From a virus (lineage: Duplodnaviria > Caudoviricetes): a stretch of 64,000 bases of DNA. Numbering within the stretch: the stretch's first letter is position 1; every line of letters begins with the position of its first letter. Under the pieces are notes generated by a model. It was not told the DNA's origin. It was given only the letters and a program-made list of their open reading frames with translations, and searched no databases. Location: IMG/VR virus record IMGVR_UViG_3300033120_000864, positions 32,001-96,000 of that record; one strand, written 5' to 3'. Below, in pieces: positions 8,051 through 17,781 of the stretch. Made by a program: the position numbers and the translations under genes.

Positions 8051-9919
8051 ATGGATTTATTTGAAATAGGAAATTATATAATAGGTTTCGTACTACTTAT
8101 GTATGCCTTTAATACCACATTACAAATGATGTTTGGATTGACACCAGACAGAAGTAATTTTTATTGTGGTTTATATGGCTTTAATGGAGCCAAAGCTCCA
8201 AATGAGGACAAACTCAAAATATTAGGTATGTATAACCTACCAAGAGGAGATGATTCTTGTGGAATTTATTGGGATGGTAAACTCTACAAAGGAGTAAACC
8301 TTGAATCAAATGTACTTCGTTTCTATGAAAAAAATACATTTAAGCCAATAAAGGAAAAATTCACTGTCATTGGACATAATAGAAAATCAACAGTTGGAAA
8401 GAATGAAATTGACAATTGCCATCCCTTTGGATATTGGTTAGATGGGGATACATCTAAGATTCCTTATGCAGTTGGTGCTCATAATGGTACAATTAGAAAT
8501 AGAGAAGAACTAAAAAAGAAGTATGATGCAACTCCACATGTTGTGGATTCTGCAGAAATACTTGAAATCATTATTAATAGCAAATCTAAACCTAAAAATA
8601 TAAGTGTTCTTGAAGAATATGAAGGTTTTGGTGCATTTATGTGGAGTTTTCCTGAAACAGATGATTTATATATCTTTAGAGGTAAATCTGAACAAGGTGA
8701 AGACCTTACAGGAGAAAGACCTTTATTCTATTGGAAGAAGGCTGGAGAAGATATGGTATATATTTCTTCAATAAAAGACTCTCTTTTAGCTATATGTGAT
8801 GATGATGAAAAAATAATAAGAGAGTTTGAACCAAACAGAATACATCATATTAAAGCAGGTAAGATGATGACTTACAAAAAAGAATATGATAGATCTGCAA
8901 GGAATAAGACTACTACATATGCTTCTAGTAGTTCATCTTCTACAACAAGTTCTGTTGCAACAACTTCAAATGTAGGAAATGGTATTGCCACCACATTTGG
9001 ACCAAAGAAAAAGGGAGCTTCGGAGATCTTCCTAAATTTCCCGAAGTCAGCTCTAGAAAAGTACGAAAAAAAAAGTCATCCAAGGGAAAACAATGGGGAC
9101 GCTTTTCTAGAAACTGAACCTTATATTGATGTTAATGAACTTATTAGAATAACTAATAATAAGGACTTTAAAGGCAAAATCATTTATTGTGGAGGACAGT
9201 ATAGAAAGAATGGTCACATCTTAGGTGCTAAATTGAAAGAAGGTGAAGTTCTTAAGATTGATGCTAATGGATATTTAGCAGGTCATAAGAACTATGATAA
9301 TAAGACTAGCAAAGAATTCTATTTCTGGAATGGTTGGACATGTCTTTCTCATGAAAGTATGACAAAGGTGATAAAAATGTTTAAGGATGGAAGTATATTT
9401 GATGAGCATGTTAAAACAAGATTTTGCTTATATAAATTACAACCTTTCTTTGATTGTATCATCTTTAATCCTGGTGTTCCTAATGGACATTATTCTATGG
9501 GAAGACAAATGGGAGGCAATCCTCAACCTTATCATACTGGTAAGTTTGAACCTTTATTTAATCAAGGCAAAATTTATTTCTTTAATAATGGATATTTTAA
9601 ATCTGTAGTTCTTCAATTAGAACCATTTATGAAATTAGATCCTAGTAAAGCATTAGTAGAAATAAGTGCAGCTGAGATAGAAAAAAAGGAAAAGAAGGAA
9701 GCATCTGAAGCTGAGAAAGAAACATTACAGGCTTTTTATAACGATGCTATGGAAAACCTTAATGTTAGCAAAGGAATGTTTGAAGAACCAGTGGAGTTCA
9801 AATCAAACGAAGCAACAAGAATAAAAATGTACAAATGGCTTAATGAGAGCTACATTTATTTGAAGGATCATTATGAACATTTGACAAAGAAAAAATTACC
9901 TGAAGAAATATTATATTGA
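8051..9919 (+). CDS. Class II (Ntn) glutamine amidotransferase with N-terminal propeptide and large C-terminal extension
   Basis: CGLYGF at residue 39, RGDDSCG, GHNRKSTVG, NCHPF, HNGTI, VDS. Confidence 0.85.
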   Translation: MDLFEIGNYIIGFVLLMYAFNTTLQMMFGLTPDRSNFYCGLYGFNGAKAPNEDKLKILGMYNLPRGDDSCGIYWDGKLYKGVNLESNVLRFYEKNTFKPIKEKFTVIGHNRKSTVGKNEIDNCHPFGYWLDGDTSKIPYAVGAHNGTIRNREELKKKYDATPHVVDSAEILEIIINSKSKPKNISVLEEYEGFGAFMWSFPETDDLYIFRGKSEQGEDLTGERPLFYWKKAGEDMVYISSIKDSLLAICDDDEKIIREFEPNRIHHIKAGKMMTYKKEYDRSARNKTTTYASSSSSSTTSSVATTSNVGNGIATTFGPKKKGASEIFLNFPKSALEKYEKKSHPRENNGDAFLETEPYIDVNELIRITNNKDFKGKIIYCGGQYRKNGHILGAKLKEGEVLKIDANGYLAGHKNYDNKTSKEFYFWNGWTCLSHESMTKVIKMFKDGSIFDEHVKTRFCLYKLQPFFDCIIFNPGVPNGHYSMGRQMGGNPQPYHTGKFEPLFNQGKIYFFNNGYFKSVVLQLEPFMKLDPSKALVEISAAEIEKKEKKEASEAEKETLQAFYNDAMENLNVSKGMFEEPVEFKSNEATRIKMYKWLNESYIYLKDHYEHLTKKKLPEEILY

Positions 9920-11505
9920 AAATGATTGAAATTAGTGGAAAATTATTAATGGTAACTACTATAACAGGTGATACAGTGCTAAGAAAAGACTGTATACAAA
10001 ATAAAGAGACAGGAAAGTATTATCAAAAGAATGTATCAGCTTTTTTAGTAGAGCTTGAAGATGGTAGACAAAAGTGGCAGAGGATAGATAATGGAAGAGT
10101 GGCCTTCAATTGGGATAGAAAAGAATGGGATCTCATTAAAAGACTTGAAGTGTCAGGCTTAACCAAGGGTATCTTTGAAGCTGGAAAACCAGCTGGCTAT
10201 TTTACCATGAATGATGATACAGTACTTCTGAAAGAGAAGATAGGAACCTCACAAGGAACTCCTTGTATCAATGCTAAAGTGGCTACAGAATCTGGATATA
10301 TTCCTTCTATCTGGGATGATTGTTTCTATAATAAGAGAAATCTTAATAGAGATGATTTAGAGTATTTAAGAACTCCTCAGATAGTAAAGTATAGGAATCT
10401 TGACTTTAGGTATAATGCTGCTGCTGATAACAGCTCATTTCTTAAAATAAGAGGTTTTTATGATAAGTTTCAACCTGCTGTACCTATGAGAACTCAAGAA
10501 GTATCAAAATTACTTTTTGGAAAATCATTTGGTATAGAATTTGAAACAAGAGGTGGTACAATTCCAGAAAAATTCCTTGGTAAACTTGGTATAGTTCCAT
10601 TGAAAGATGGATCTTTAAGACTTCCTGATGGAAAGGAGCCTTATGAATATACTACAGTGCCATTTTATGGTGCTAAAGGATTGGAAACTGTTAAATACAT
10701 TTGTGAAGAATTAAATAAAAGATGTATATTTGATGATAATTGCTCTTTACATGTGCACTTAGGAAATGTAAAATTTGATAAATTGTCTATTATTGCATAT
10801 TATATTCTTATTCAAAATATTCAAGAGGAATTATATTCTATATTTCCTCAGTATAAGAGAGATGAAGTGAAGTATTTAAATAAGCCAAAAGCTTATAATG
10901 CTCCTCTTCCAAATATAGGTCTATTAACAAATAGTATCTATAAGAAAAAGTATACATCACATCATGAATTTAATGCTGAAGTAGACTCTTCTTTCTCTAA
11001 AATTATAGAATATTTAACTAAGGGAGGTACTAAAGAATGGCCAGGTTGGGATTCTGATAGACCAACACATCCTCTTGGTAATACAAAATGGAATCTTAAC
11101 AGATACTTTCTTGTAAATATAAATAGTTTAGTATTTAGTTCTACACGTACTATTGAATTTAGGCTTTCAAGTCCAACATTTAATTTTACTAAAGTAACTA
11201 ACTGGCTTTTTATATGTGCTGCTATAATTACCTATGCTGAAAAGTATAGTAAAGAAATCATAAGTAGAAAAGCAAAACCAACTCTGAAGGATATTCTTTC
11301 AGAACTGAAAACACACTTTGGTTATTATGAGTTTGAAGATGTGGTAGGTAGTGAAATATCTTCATATCTGTGTGACTATGTTGACTATAGAAAAGAACTA
11401 ATTGCAAAAGCCACAAAAAATGGTGATGTATTAGCTAATAATATAGAATTCAAAGCAGACAAAGACTTCAGATTCCAGAGTAGAAACATGTCAACTATCT
11501 ACTAA
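9916..11505 (+). CDS. Putative amidoligase (COOH-NH2 ligase, glutamine-synthetase fold)
   Basis: FGIEFET, DGSL, YEYTT, CSLHVH, RY..VN, TIEFR. Confidence 0.85.
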   Translation: MKMIEISGKLLMVTTITGDTVLRKDCIQNKETGKYYQKNVSAFLVELEDGRQKWQRIDNGRVAFNWDRKEWDLIKRLEVSGLTKGIFEAGKPAGYFTMNDDTVLLKEKIGTSQGTPCINAKVATESGYIPSIWDDCFYNKRNLNRDDLEYLRTPQIVKYRNLDFRYNAAADNSSFLKIRGFYDKFQPAVPMRTQEVSKLLFGKSFGIEFETRGGTIPEKFLGKLGIVPLKDGSLRLPDGKEPYEYTTVPFYGAKGLETVKYICEELNKRCIFDDNCSLHVHLGNVKFDKLSIIAYYILIQNIQEELYSIFPQYKRDEVKYLNKPKAYNAPLPNIGLLTNSIYKKKYTSHHEFNAEVDSSFSKIIEYLTKGGTKEWPGWDSDRPTHPLGNTKWNLNRYFLVNINSLVFSSTRTIEFRLSSPTFNFTKVTNWLFICAAIITYAEKYSKEIISRKAKPTLKDILSELKTHFGYYEFEDVVGSEISSYLCDYVDYRKELIAKATKNGDVLANNIEFKADKDFRFQSRNMSTIY

Positions 11506-11533
11506 GAAATTGAACTTGATTTAATACAACAAT

Positions 11534-11941
11534 TTGTCTCAAAAAAAGACGAAACAAAAAAAAGCTGCTGTGCTAAAGCCTTATAATAGTGGAACTATGA
11601 CTAAAGCAGCGTTCTTTGGGAAGATTAGGAGTGGGCTTAGGAATACCTTCAGATATTGGAAACCAATGTATGAAGCTCTTAAGCTTGCTTCTAGGCCTTC
11701 TCAGAGTAATAATAAAAGGCTAAAAACAGAATATAAGTGTGCTCATTGTAAAAAATGGTCTAAAAGAGCAGATGTTCAGATAGATCATATTATAGAATGT
11801 GGCAGTTTGAAAGATTGGGATGATGTGGTGCCATTTATTCAGAGACTAACAGTTGAAGATGTAAATAGCTACCAGGTATTGTGTAAGAAATGCCATGTTA
11901 TCAAGACAAAAAAGTATAAGGAGGAAAAGAACAATGAATAA
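11534..11941 (+). CDS. HNH endonuclease
   Basis: CAHC...QIDHI...N.QVLCKKCH..KT. Confidence 0.85.
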   Translation: MSQKKTKQKKAAVLKPYNSGTMTKAAFFGKIRSGLRNTFRYWKPMYEALKLASRPSQSNNKRLKTEYKCAHCKKWSKRADVQIDHIIECGSLKDWDDVVPFIQRLTVEDVNSYQVLCKKCHVIKTKKYKEEKNNE

Positions 11942-12917
11942 CTTTGATAATAGATCTCTGTCATTTTCTACACTAAAATATCTACAAGAAGGGCCATCTT
12001 TATTTAGAGCTATGCTCAATAAGAAATTTGAGAGTGAAGGACTAACTATTGGTAGTATTGTGGATGTGTTACTAACAGATCCAGAAAGATTTGCAACAGA
12101 TTTTCTTTTGAAAAAAGGAGTTGCTCCAACAGGCATGATGGAAAAGTATGTTTACTATCTAATTAATGTTTGTGTTTCAAGAGGAGATAGCACTTTAACA
12201 GATGAAGATTTTAACAAGGCTTATAACTATTCTGCTTTTAAAATTTCTAAGGATACTATAAAAGAAAGATTTGAGAAGGAATTCTCAGATTATCACAAGG
12301 AAATTGTAGAACAGAAAAAAGGAAAAAAGACACTATATACTCAAGAAGATTATGATATTGCTATAAGAGTTGTGGACTCACTTAATAGTAATCCACATAT
12401 ATCTCAATGCTTTAGAAAAGAAGGTAATCAAGATGTGTTTCAGCAATTAAAAATTGAATGGGTATATAAAGGACTAAATCTAAAATCAATTTTAGACTTA
12501 GTCAAAATAGACTATGACAAGAAAACAGTTGTTATCTATGATATAAAGACTACAGGATACTCTGTAAATTCCTTCAAGGATTCTATAGAAAAGTATCAAT
12601 ATTGGCTTCAAATGGTAATGTATGGAATGGCAGTTTATTCTTATTTTAAGACTGAAGTGCCTGATATAGAAAGTTATGATGTCAAGTTTAAGTGGATTGT
12701 AGAATCTACTAAATATCCAGGAAGTCCTTGTATTTATACAATGTCTAAAAAGGATGAAGAGGCAGGACTTAATGGTGGTAAAATTGGCAATAAGTATTAT
12801 AAAGGTTTTATAGAACTTATTGATGATTACTTGTGGTATGTAGAGAATAACGAGTGGAATACTAGAAAAGATATAGTGACGAATAACTTTGAAGTTGATA
12901 TAAGTATATTCAATTGA
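11934..12917 (+). CDS. PD-(D/E)XK exonuclease (RecE/exonuclease VIII-like)
   Basis: LSFSTLK, GSIVD, KSILD...YDIKTT...Y..QM..Y; ATG 11934 preferred over 11895. Confidence 0.8.
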   Translation: MNNFDNRSLSFSTLKYLQEGPSLFRAMLNKKFESEGLTIGSIVDVLLTDPERFATDFLLKKGVAPTGMMEKYVYYLINVCVSRGDSTLTDEDFNKAYNYSAFKISKDTIKERFEKEFSDYHKEIVEQKKGKKTLYTQEDYDIAIRVVDSLNSNPHISQCFRKEGNQDVFQQLKIEWVYKGLNLKSILDLVKIDYDKKTVVIYDIKTTGYSVNSFKDSIEKYQYWLQMVMYGMAVYSYFKTEVPDIESYDVKFKWIVESTKYPGSPCIYTMSKKDEEAGLNGGKIGNKYYKGFIELIDDYLWYVENNEWNTRKDIVTNNFEVDISIFN

Positions 12918-13510
12918 CTGAAGTAGAAAAAATCAAGTTTAATAACACCACTGGATTTGTGCTGCCTATATTATTTAAGGATGATACTTTCAACAATCTA
13001 ATAAAAAAGTTAGTGGGAATAACATTATTTGACTACCTACTAATTAATGGGTTTAGAAATGCTTACTTAAATGATTACAATTATCCTATGGATGGTTGTA
13101 TTTATTGTGTATTTAAGCCTCAAGAGTTTACTGATAAGTTTAGACAACTTACAGAAATTTTAGAGCAACATAGTTTATACAAATCAACATATGATATAGA
13201 AGGAGGAGTTGTTTTTATATTTAACATTAGTGATGTCTTCAAAAAAGATATTGAGCTTATAAAAGATGGTAAGTATAGTAAGACAAGTCCTGAATATAAA
13301 AGGTTATTTCCCCAAACTGTGAGAGACAAAAAAGGAAATAAAGTGCTATTTTCTAATTGGATGATATTACATAAACATCCTCAATTTAAAAAGAGGATGG
13401 AAGAATATGTAGGACAATCTATAGAAGATGATGCTGAGTTGTGGGATCCCTTTAACCCTAAGTACGAGGTACTTAATTACAACCAAGAACATTTAGACAT
13501 TTCTTGGTAA
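12914..13510 (+). CDS. Conserved phage hypothetical protein
   Basis: GKYSKTS and ELW motifs; follows the exonuclease as in crAss-like phages; TTG start. Confidence 0.6.
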   Translation: MTEVEKIKFNNTTGFVLPILFKDDTFNNLIKKLVGITLFDYLLINGFRNAYLNDYNYPMDGCIYCVFKPQEFTDKFRQLTEILEQHSLYKSTYDIEGGVVFIFNISDVFKKDIELIKDGKYSKTSPEYKRLFPQTVRDKKGNKVLFSNWMILHKHPQFKKRMEEYVGQSIEDDAELWDPFNPKYEVLNYNQEHLDISW

Positions 13511-13533
13511 AATAACAAAAGAAAAATTACAAA

Positions 13534-14202
13534 ATGACATTAGAAGCTTATTTAAGAAGCAAATATACACCTAGTTTCTCTTCCACTAGTAGTAGCACTA
13601 ACTATGGATATGCTCATGGAGGTCATGCTAAGTCATCTGCTGACTATTATGAAGACTATTATGCTCAATATTATGAAGGAGGTGGAGTTGCTGCAGGTGC
13701 CTGTAGTAACTTATGCCTTCCTTTTGAGCCTGGTTATAGTAGCAAAAAAGATGAAGAAGACATAAAAGAAGCATCTAGACCTGATGCAGCTGCTAGTAGA
13801 AATGGTGAGACTGTGACAGAAAGTGTAGATCCTAATGATGATGGTTCTACAGTCCATTTTAGTCATGATTTATATTGGAGAGAGTATAAGAGTAAGGAAA
13901 AAACTTCTTATATAACTTTATATTCATTGACTAAGGGAGATAGAGATGATATATTATTTAATATCAAGAAAAAGGATGTTATTAGTATATCACCTACAGA
14001 GGAATGGGCTGTTTCAGATATATGTTATTATGATACAAGAAGAAGTGTAACATCAAGTTGTACTCTTTTTACAATCAAAAATATACATCAACCTTCTGAA
14101 ATACACCATTTATACTCATCAGAATTTTTTGACTTTTTAAAGAATCAACATGTACCAGATACAAACAATAGAGACCTCGGAAGTGAATGGAACAACTGCT
14201 AA
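13534..14202 (+). CDS. Hypothetical protein with S/Y/G-rich N-terminus
   Basis: 222-aa ORF after an A-rich leader. Confidence 0.65.
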   Translation: MTLEAYLRSKYTPSFSSTSSSTNYGYAHGGHAKSSADYYEDYYAQYYEGGGVAAGACSNLCLPFEPGYSSKKDEEDIKEASRPDAAASRNGETVTESVDPNDDGSTVHFSHDLYWREYKSKEKTSYITLYSLTKGDRDDILFNIKKKDVISISPTEEWAVSDICYYDTRRSVTSSCTLFTIKNIHQPSEIHHLYSSEFFDFLKNQHVPDTNNRDLGSEWNNC

Positions 14203-14386
14203 GTTCAGAGGAATCTTTAGAGATATGGAACTGACTAGTTTAAAAGTATATTTTGATTTATCTGCTGAAGTAGTAGGAAACAGAGAAATGTATAAACTAG
14301 ATTTGTTAACAGAGGTTCCTTATGAATACGAGGACTATGTATCTAGAAAAATTTTAGACAACGTAGAAGAATTGAATTTAGTTTAA
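14150..14386 (+). CDS. Hypothetical protein
   Basis: Fills the gap before RNR. Confidence 0.55.
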   Translation: MYQIQTIETSEVNGTTAKFRGIFRDMELTSLKVYFDLSAEVVGNREMYKLDLLTEVPYEYEDYVSRKILDNVEELNLV

Positions 14387-14396
14387 CTAAGAATAA

Positions 14397-16349
14397 TTGG
14401 ATTTTAAATTAGATGCTGGCTTTATAAAGCAGTATGAGAGTAAGAAAGTGAATTTTGGTTTTAATGGGCTTGGTGAGATAACTTACTATAGAACCTATTC
14501 AAGACTAAAAGAAGATGGAACAAATGAAAAGTGGTTTGAGACAGTCGCAAGAGTTGTCAATGGTATATACAATATACAGAAAACCCATATTGAAAAGAAT
14601 GATTTAGGATGGAATGAGAGAAAGGCTCAGGTCTCTGCACAGGAAATGTATGATAGGATATTTACTTTTAAATTCCTACCACCTGGCAGAGGACTTTGGG
14701 CATGTGGAACAGACATTATAAAGAAGGGACTTGGAGCAGCAATGAATAATTGTGGATTTATCAGTACAGAAAATATTGATAAAGACTTTGCTAAGCCTTT
14801 CTGTTTTATGATGGATATGTCCATGTTAGGAGTTGGTATTGGATTTGATTTAAAAGGTGAAGGAAAAATAGTTGTGGCTGAAAAGTCACCTATGTGTAAT
14901 ACAATTATATATACAATTCCTGATACAAGAGAAGGATGGGTGGAGAGCTTAAAACTTCTTCTTGATTCATACCTTAGTTCTGATTGTAATAATGTAGATT
15001 TTGACTATTCTTTAGTCAGAAAAGCAGGAGAACCAATCAAGACTTTTGGTGGAATCTCATCAGGCCCAGAACCTTTAATCAAACTTCATCAACAAATAAG
15101 AGAAAAACTAAATGGCATTGCAGGAAAAGCAATTACAGGAAGAGTGATTGCTGATATTATGAATATGGTGGGTGTATGTGTTGTTTCTGGTAATGTCAGA
15201 AGAAGTGCACAAATCATGTTTGGTGATTCAAATAACAATGAATATTTAGATCTCAAAAACTACAATGTAAATCCTGAAAGAGCTAACTATGGATGGACTT
15301 CTAATAATAGTGTATTCTGTGATGAACATACAGATTATTTAGGAGCTGCACAAAGAACTGCTATAAATGGAGAACCTGGATATTTCTGGCTTAATAATGC
15401 TAGAAAATATGGTAGGTTTGTAGATCCAGTGAATAATAAGGATTATAAAGCAATGGGATGTAATCCTTGTGCTGAACAAACCTTAGAAAACTATGAATTA
15501 TGTTGCTTAGTAGAAACATTCCCAGATAACCATGATTCTCTTGAGGATTATCTTAAGACACTGAAATATGCTTACTTGTATGGTAAGTCTGTCACTCTAT
15601 TAAAAACACACTGGAAGGAAACTAACAAGGTGTTATTAAAGAATAGAAGAATAGGACTTAGTCAAACAGGTATTGCTCAGTTTCTAGAAAGACATTCCCT
15701 TGAAGAATATAGGGTTTGGTGTAATGAAGGATATAAAACAGTACAGAAATATGATGAAATATATTCTAACTGGTTTTGTATTCCTAAGTCTATTAAAACA
15801 ACATCAATTAAACCTTCAGGATCTATTAGCCTTTTAGCAGGAGCCACTCCAGGTATGCATTATCCAGAGAATAATTATTACATTAGAAGAATAAGAATAG
15901 GAAAGAATTCTCCTATATTGAAAGCTTGTCAAGAAGCTGGATATGTAGTGGAAGTTGATGCTTATGACTCTTCTTCATATTGTGTAGAAATTCCTGTAGA
16001 AATTAATTGTCGTACTGTGGATGATGTTTCAATATGGGAACAAGTACAACTTGCAGCTTTCATCCAAAATTGGTGGGCTGACAATCAAGTGTCATGTACT
16101 GTTACCTTCAAACCAGAAGAGAAGAAAGAAATCTTACCCATACTAAAATATGGAAAGTACAATCTAAAAGCTATTAGCTTCTTGCCAAAAGCAGAAGTTG
16201 GAGCTTACAAACAAATGCCATATGAAGCCATAACTCGTCAGAGATATGAGGAAATAGTAAGAGCAATAACCCCTTTGAATATGGAGAATATTTCACAAGA
16301 CTCTAAACCAGAGCTTTATTGTGATAGTGTTAGCTGCGAAATAAAATAA
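14397..16349 (+). CDS. nrdJ: Class II (B12-dependent, monomeric RTPR-type) ribonucleotide reductase
   Basis: RTYSR, PPGRGLW, NNC, GNVRRSA, GCNPCAEQ, TSIKPSG, DNQVSCT, C-terminal CDSVSC. Confidence 0.95.
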   Translation: MDFKLDAGFIKQYESKKVNFGFNGLGEITYYRTYSRLKEDGTNEKWFETVARVVNGIYNIQKTHIEKNDLGWNERKAQVSAQEMYDRIFTFKFLPPGRGLWACGTDIIKKGLGAAMNNCGFISTENIDKDFAKPFCFMMDMSMLGVGIGFDLKGEGKIVVAEKSPMCNTIIYTIPDTREGWVESLKLLLDSYLSSDCNNVDFDYSLVRKAGEPIKTFGGISSGPEPLIKLHQQIREKLNGIAGKAITGRVIADIMNMVGVCVVSGNVRRSAQIMFGDSNNNEYLDLKNYNVNPERANYGWTSNNSVFCDEHTDYLGAAQRTAINGEPGYFWLNNARKYGRFVDPVNNKDYKAMGCNPCAEQTLENYELCCLVETFPDNHDSLEDYLKTLKYAYLYGKSVTLLKTHWKETNKVLLKNRRIGLSQTGIAQFLERHSLEEYRVWCNEGYKTVQKYDEIYSNWFCIPKSIKTTSIKPSGSISLLAGATPGMHYPENNYYIRRIRIGKNSPILKACQEAGYVVEVDAYDSSSYCVEIPVEINCRTVDDVSIWEQVQLAAFIQNWWADNQVSCTVTFKPEEKKEILPILKYGKYNLKAISFLPKAEVGAYKQMPYEAITRQRYEEIVRAITPLNMENISQDSKPELYCDSVSCEIK

Positions 16350-16350
16350 G

Positions 16351-16689
16351 ATGCAAAAAGACAAAGTACTAGAGCTAGTTGACCAAAAAGTTAATCAATA
16401 CAAGATCATTAAGAAGATGCAAGAGCAGAATGATCCTAAATATAATCTCATTAAGGCTTGTGAAGAACTAGCTGAGCTTTCTGAAAAACTACTTAAGAAG
16501 GTAGTTAAAGAAGGTACTGATAAGTGTCCCTCAGATGATGATATTATAGAAGAAATAGGAGATGTTCAGATCAGACTTGATCTTTTGGGCCTTATCTTTG
16601 GACAAGATAAAGTTGAGAAAAGAATACAATATAAACTATCAAAATTTGAAGGTTATATGAAAGAAGGAAAGTTTGGGGGAAGAATATAA
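16351..16689 (+). CDS. MazG-like NTP pyrophosphohydrolase
   Basis: EELAEL...IIEEIGDV. Confidence 0.7.
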   Translation: MQKDKVLELVDQKVNQYKIIKKMQEQNDPKYNLIKACEELAELSEKLLKKVVKEGTDKCPSDDDIIEEIGDVQIRLDLLGLIFGQDKVEKRIQYKLSKFEGYMKEGKFGGRI

Positions 16690-16945
16690 GAAACTTGCTC
16701 AAAAAACCAAAGAATTCTGTGATGAAGAATCATTTAGTGAAGAGGAAACTTTTATAATGAGTGGTGATGAATTAAATGATATGAAATTCAACTATTACTA
16801 TGAAGGTATGGAGGCTATGCTTAAGGACCCTGATTTATCAGAGTTCTTAGCAGATACCATTCAATACAAAAAATGTACTAGTAGAATGGGTTTTATGAGA
16901 GAAGTAGAATTAGCTTTAGAAACTTACTTAAAACAAACACGATGA
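16673..16945 (+). CDS. Hypothetical acidic protein
   Basis: ORF coupled to its neighbours. Confidence 0.5.
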   Translation: MGEEYKKLAQKTKEFCDEESFSEEETFIMSGDELNDMKFNYYYEGMEAMLKDPDLSEFLADTIQYKKCTSRMGFMREVELALETYLKQTR

Positions 16946-17136
16946 TGAAAAAGAAACAAATAGTAAAGTTTCTAAAAACTTTAGGAATTGATTATAATGG
17001 ATCTTACAAAATAAGTCCAGGAGAATTTCTAACTATGTATGATAAGTTTTTAGAAAAGGAAAGTAAGAAGAAAGTAAAGGTTAAAAAAACCAATACTAAA
17101 GCTAAAGAGGTAAATGAATATCTCTATTGGGTTTAA
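16942..17136 (+). CDS. Hypothetical basic protein
   Basis: ATGA overlap with upstream gene. Confidence 0.5.
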   Translation: MMKKKQIVKFLKTLGIDYNGSYKISPGEFLTMYDKFLEKESKKKVKVKKTNTKAKEVNEYLYWV

Positions 17137-17162
17137 TTGAAAGTGATTTATACAAATCATAA

Positions 17163-17489
17163 ATGGATTTAAATGAATACCAGATAAAATCTGCTGAAAG
17201 AGCAATATATGGTAATGATATGAAAATTATCTATCCTGCATTAGGACTTGCAAATGAAGCTGGAGAAGTATTAGGTAAAATAAAGAAAGTGCTTAGAGAT
17301 AATAAAGGAGTTTACACTGCTGAATTAAAAGAAGCAATTGCTTTTGAACTTGGAGATACTCTTTGGTATTGTGCTGTTTTAGCTAGAGACATAGATTATG
17401 ATCTAGATACAGTGGCACAAATGAATGTGAACAAACTTGAAGATAGAAGAAAACGTAATGTAATTCATGGATCAGGGGATAATAGATAA
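17163..17489 (+). CDS. mazG: MazG nucleotide pyrophosphohydrolase
   Basis: YPALGLANEAGEV...KK.LRD...ELGDTLWY...NVNKL..R...GSGDNR. Confidence 0.9.
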   Translation: MDLNEYQIKSAERAIYGNDMKIIYPALGLANEAGEVLGKIKKVLRDNKGVYTAELKEAIAFELGDTLWYCAVLARDIDYDLDTVAQMNVNKLEDRRKRNVIHGSGDNR

Positions 17490-17781
17490 ACTTATACCAA
17501 TTGCTGGAACAAACAACAGAGTGGTAATCAAAAGAGATGTTACTGAGGAAAAAACTGGTCTTATAATCCTAGCTGAAGGAGCAAAACAGGCTCCTAATAC
17601 AGGAATAGTAATATCAGTGAGTGAGAAAGATGCAGATGGATATCTTCCAACTGTAAAGAAAGGAGATAGAGTAATGTTTAATCCTGCACAATATATAGGA
17701 ATTCCTCTTCTCAAAAACAAAGACGTAGACATTTTTACAACAATAGAAAAGGATATTTTCTTAAAATTTCCAAATGAGTAA
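17467..17781 (+). CDS. groES: Co-chaperonin GroES
   Basis: NRVVIKR..TEEKTGLIIL...G.VISV...VKKGDRVMF...EKDI. Confidence 0.8.
   Translation: MDQGIIDKLIPIAGTNNRVVIKRDVTEEKTGLIILAEGAKQAPNTGIVISVSEKDADGYLPTVKKGDRVMFNPAQYIGIPLLKNKDVDIFTTIEKDIFLKFPNE

Noticed and set aside
17467-17781. GroES without GroEL as a novelty
   Set aside because: Stand-alone co-chaperonins are common in phages and work with host GroEL
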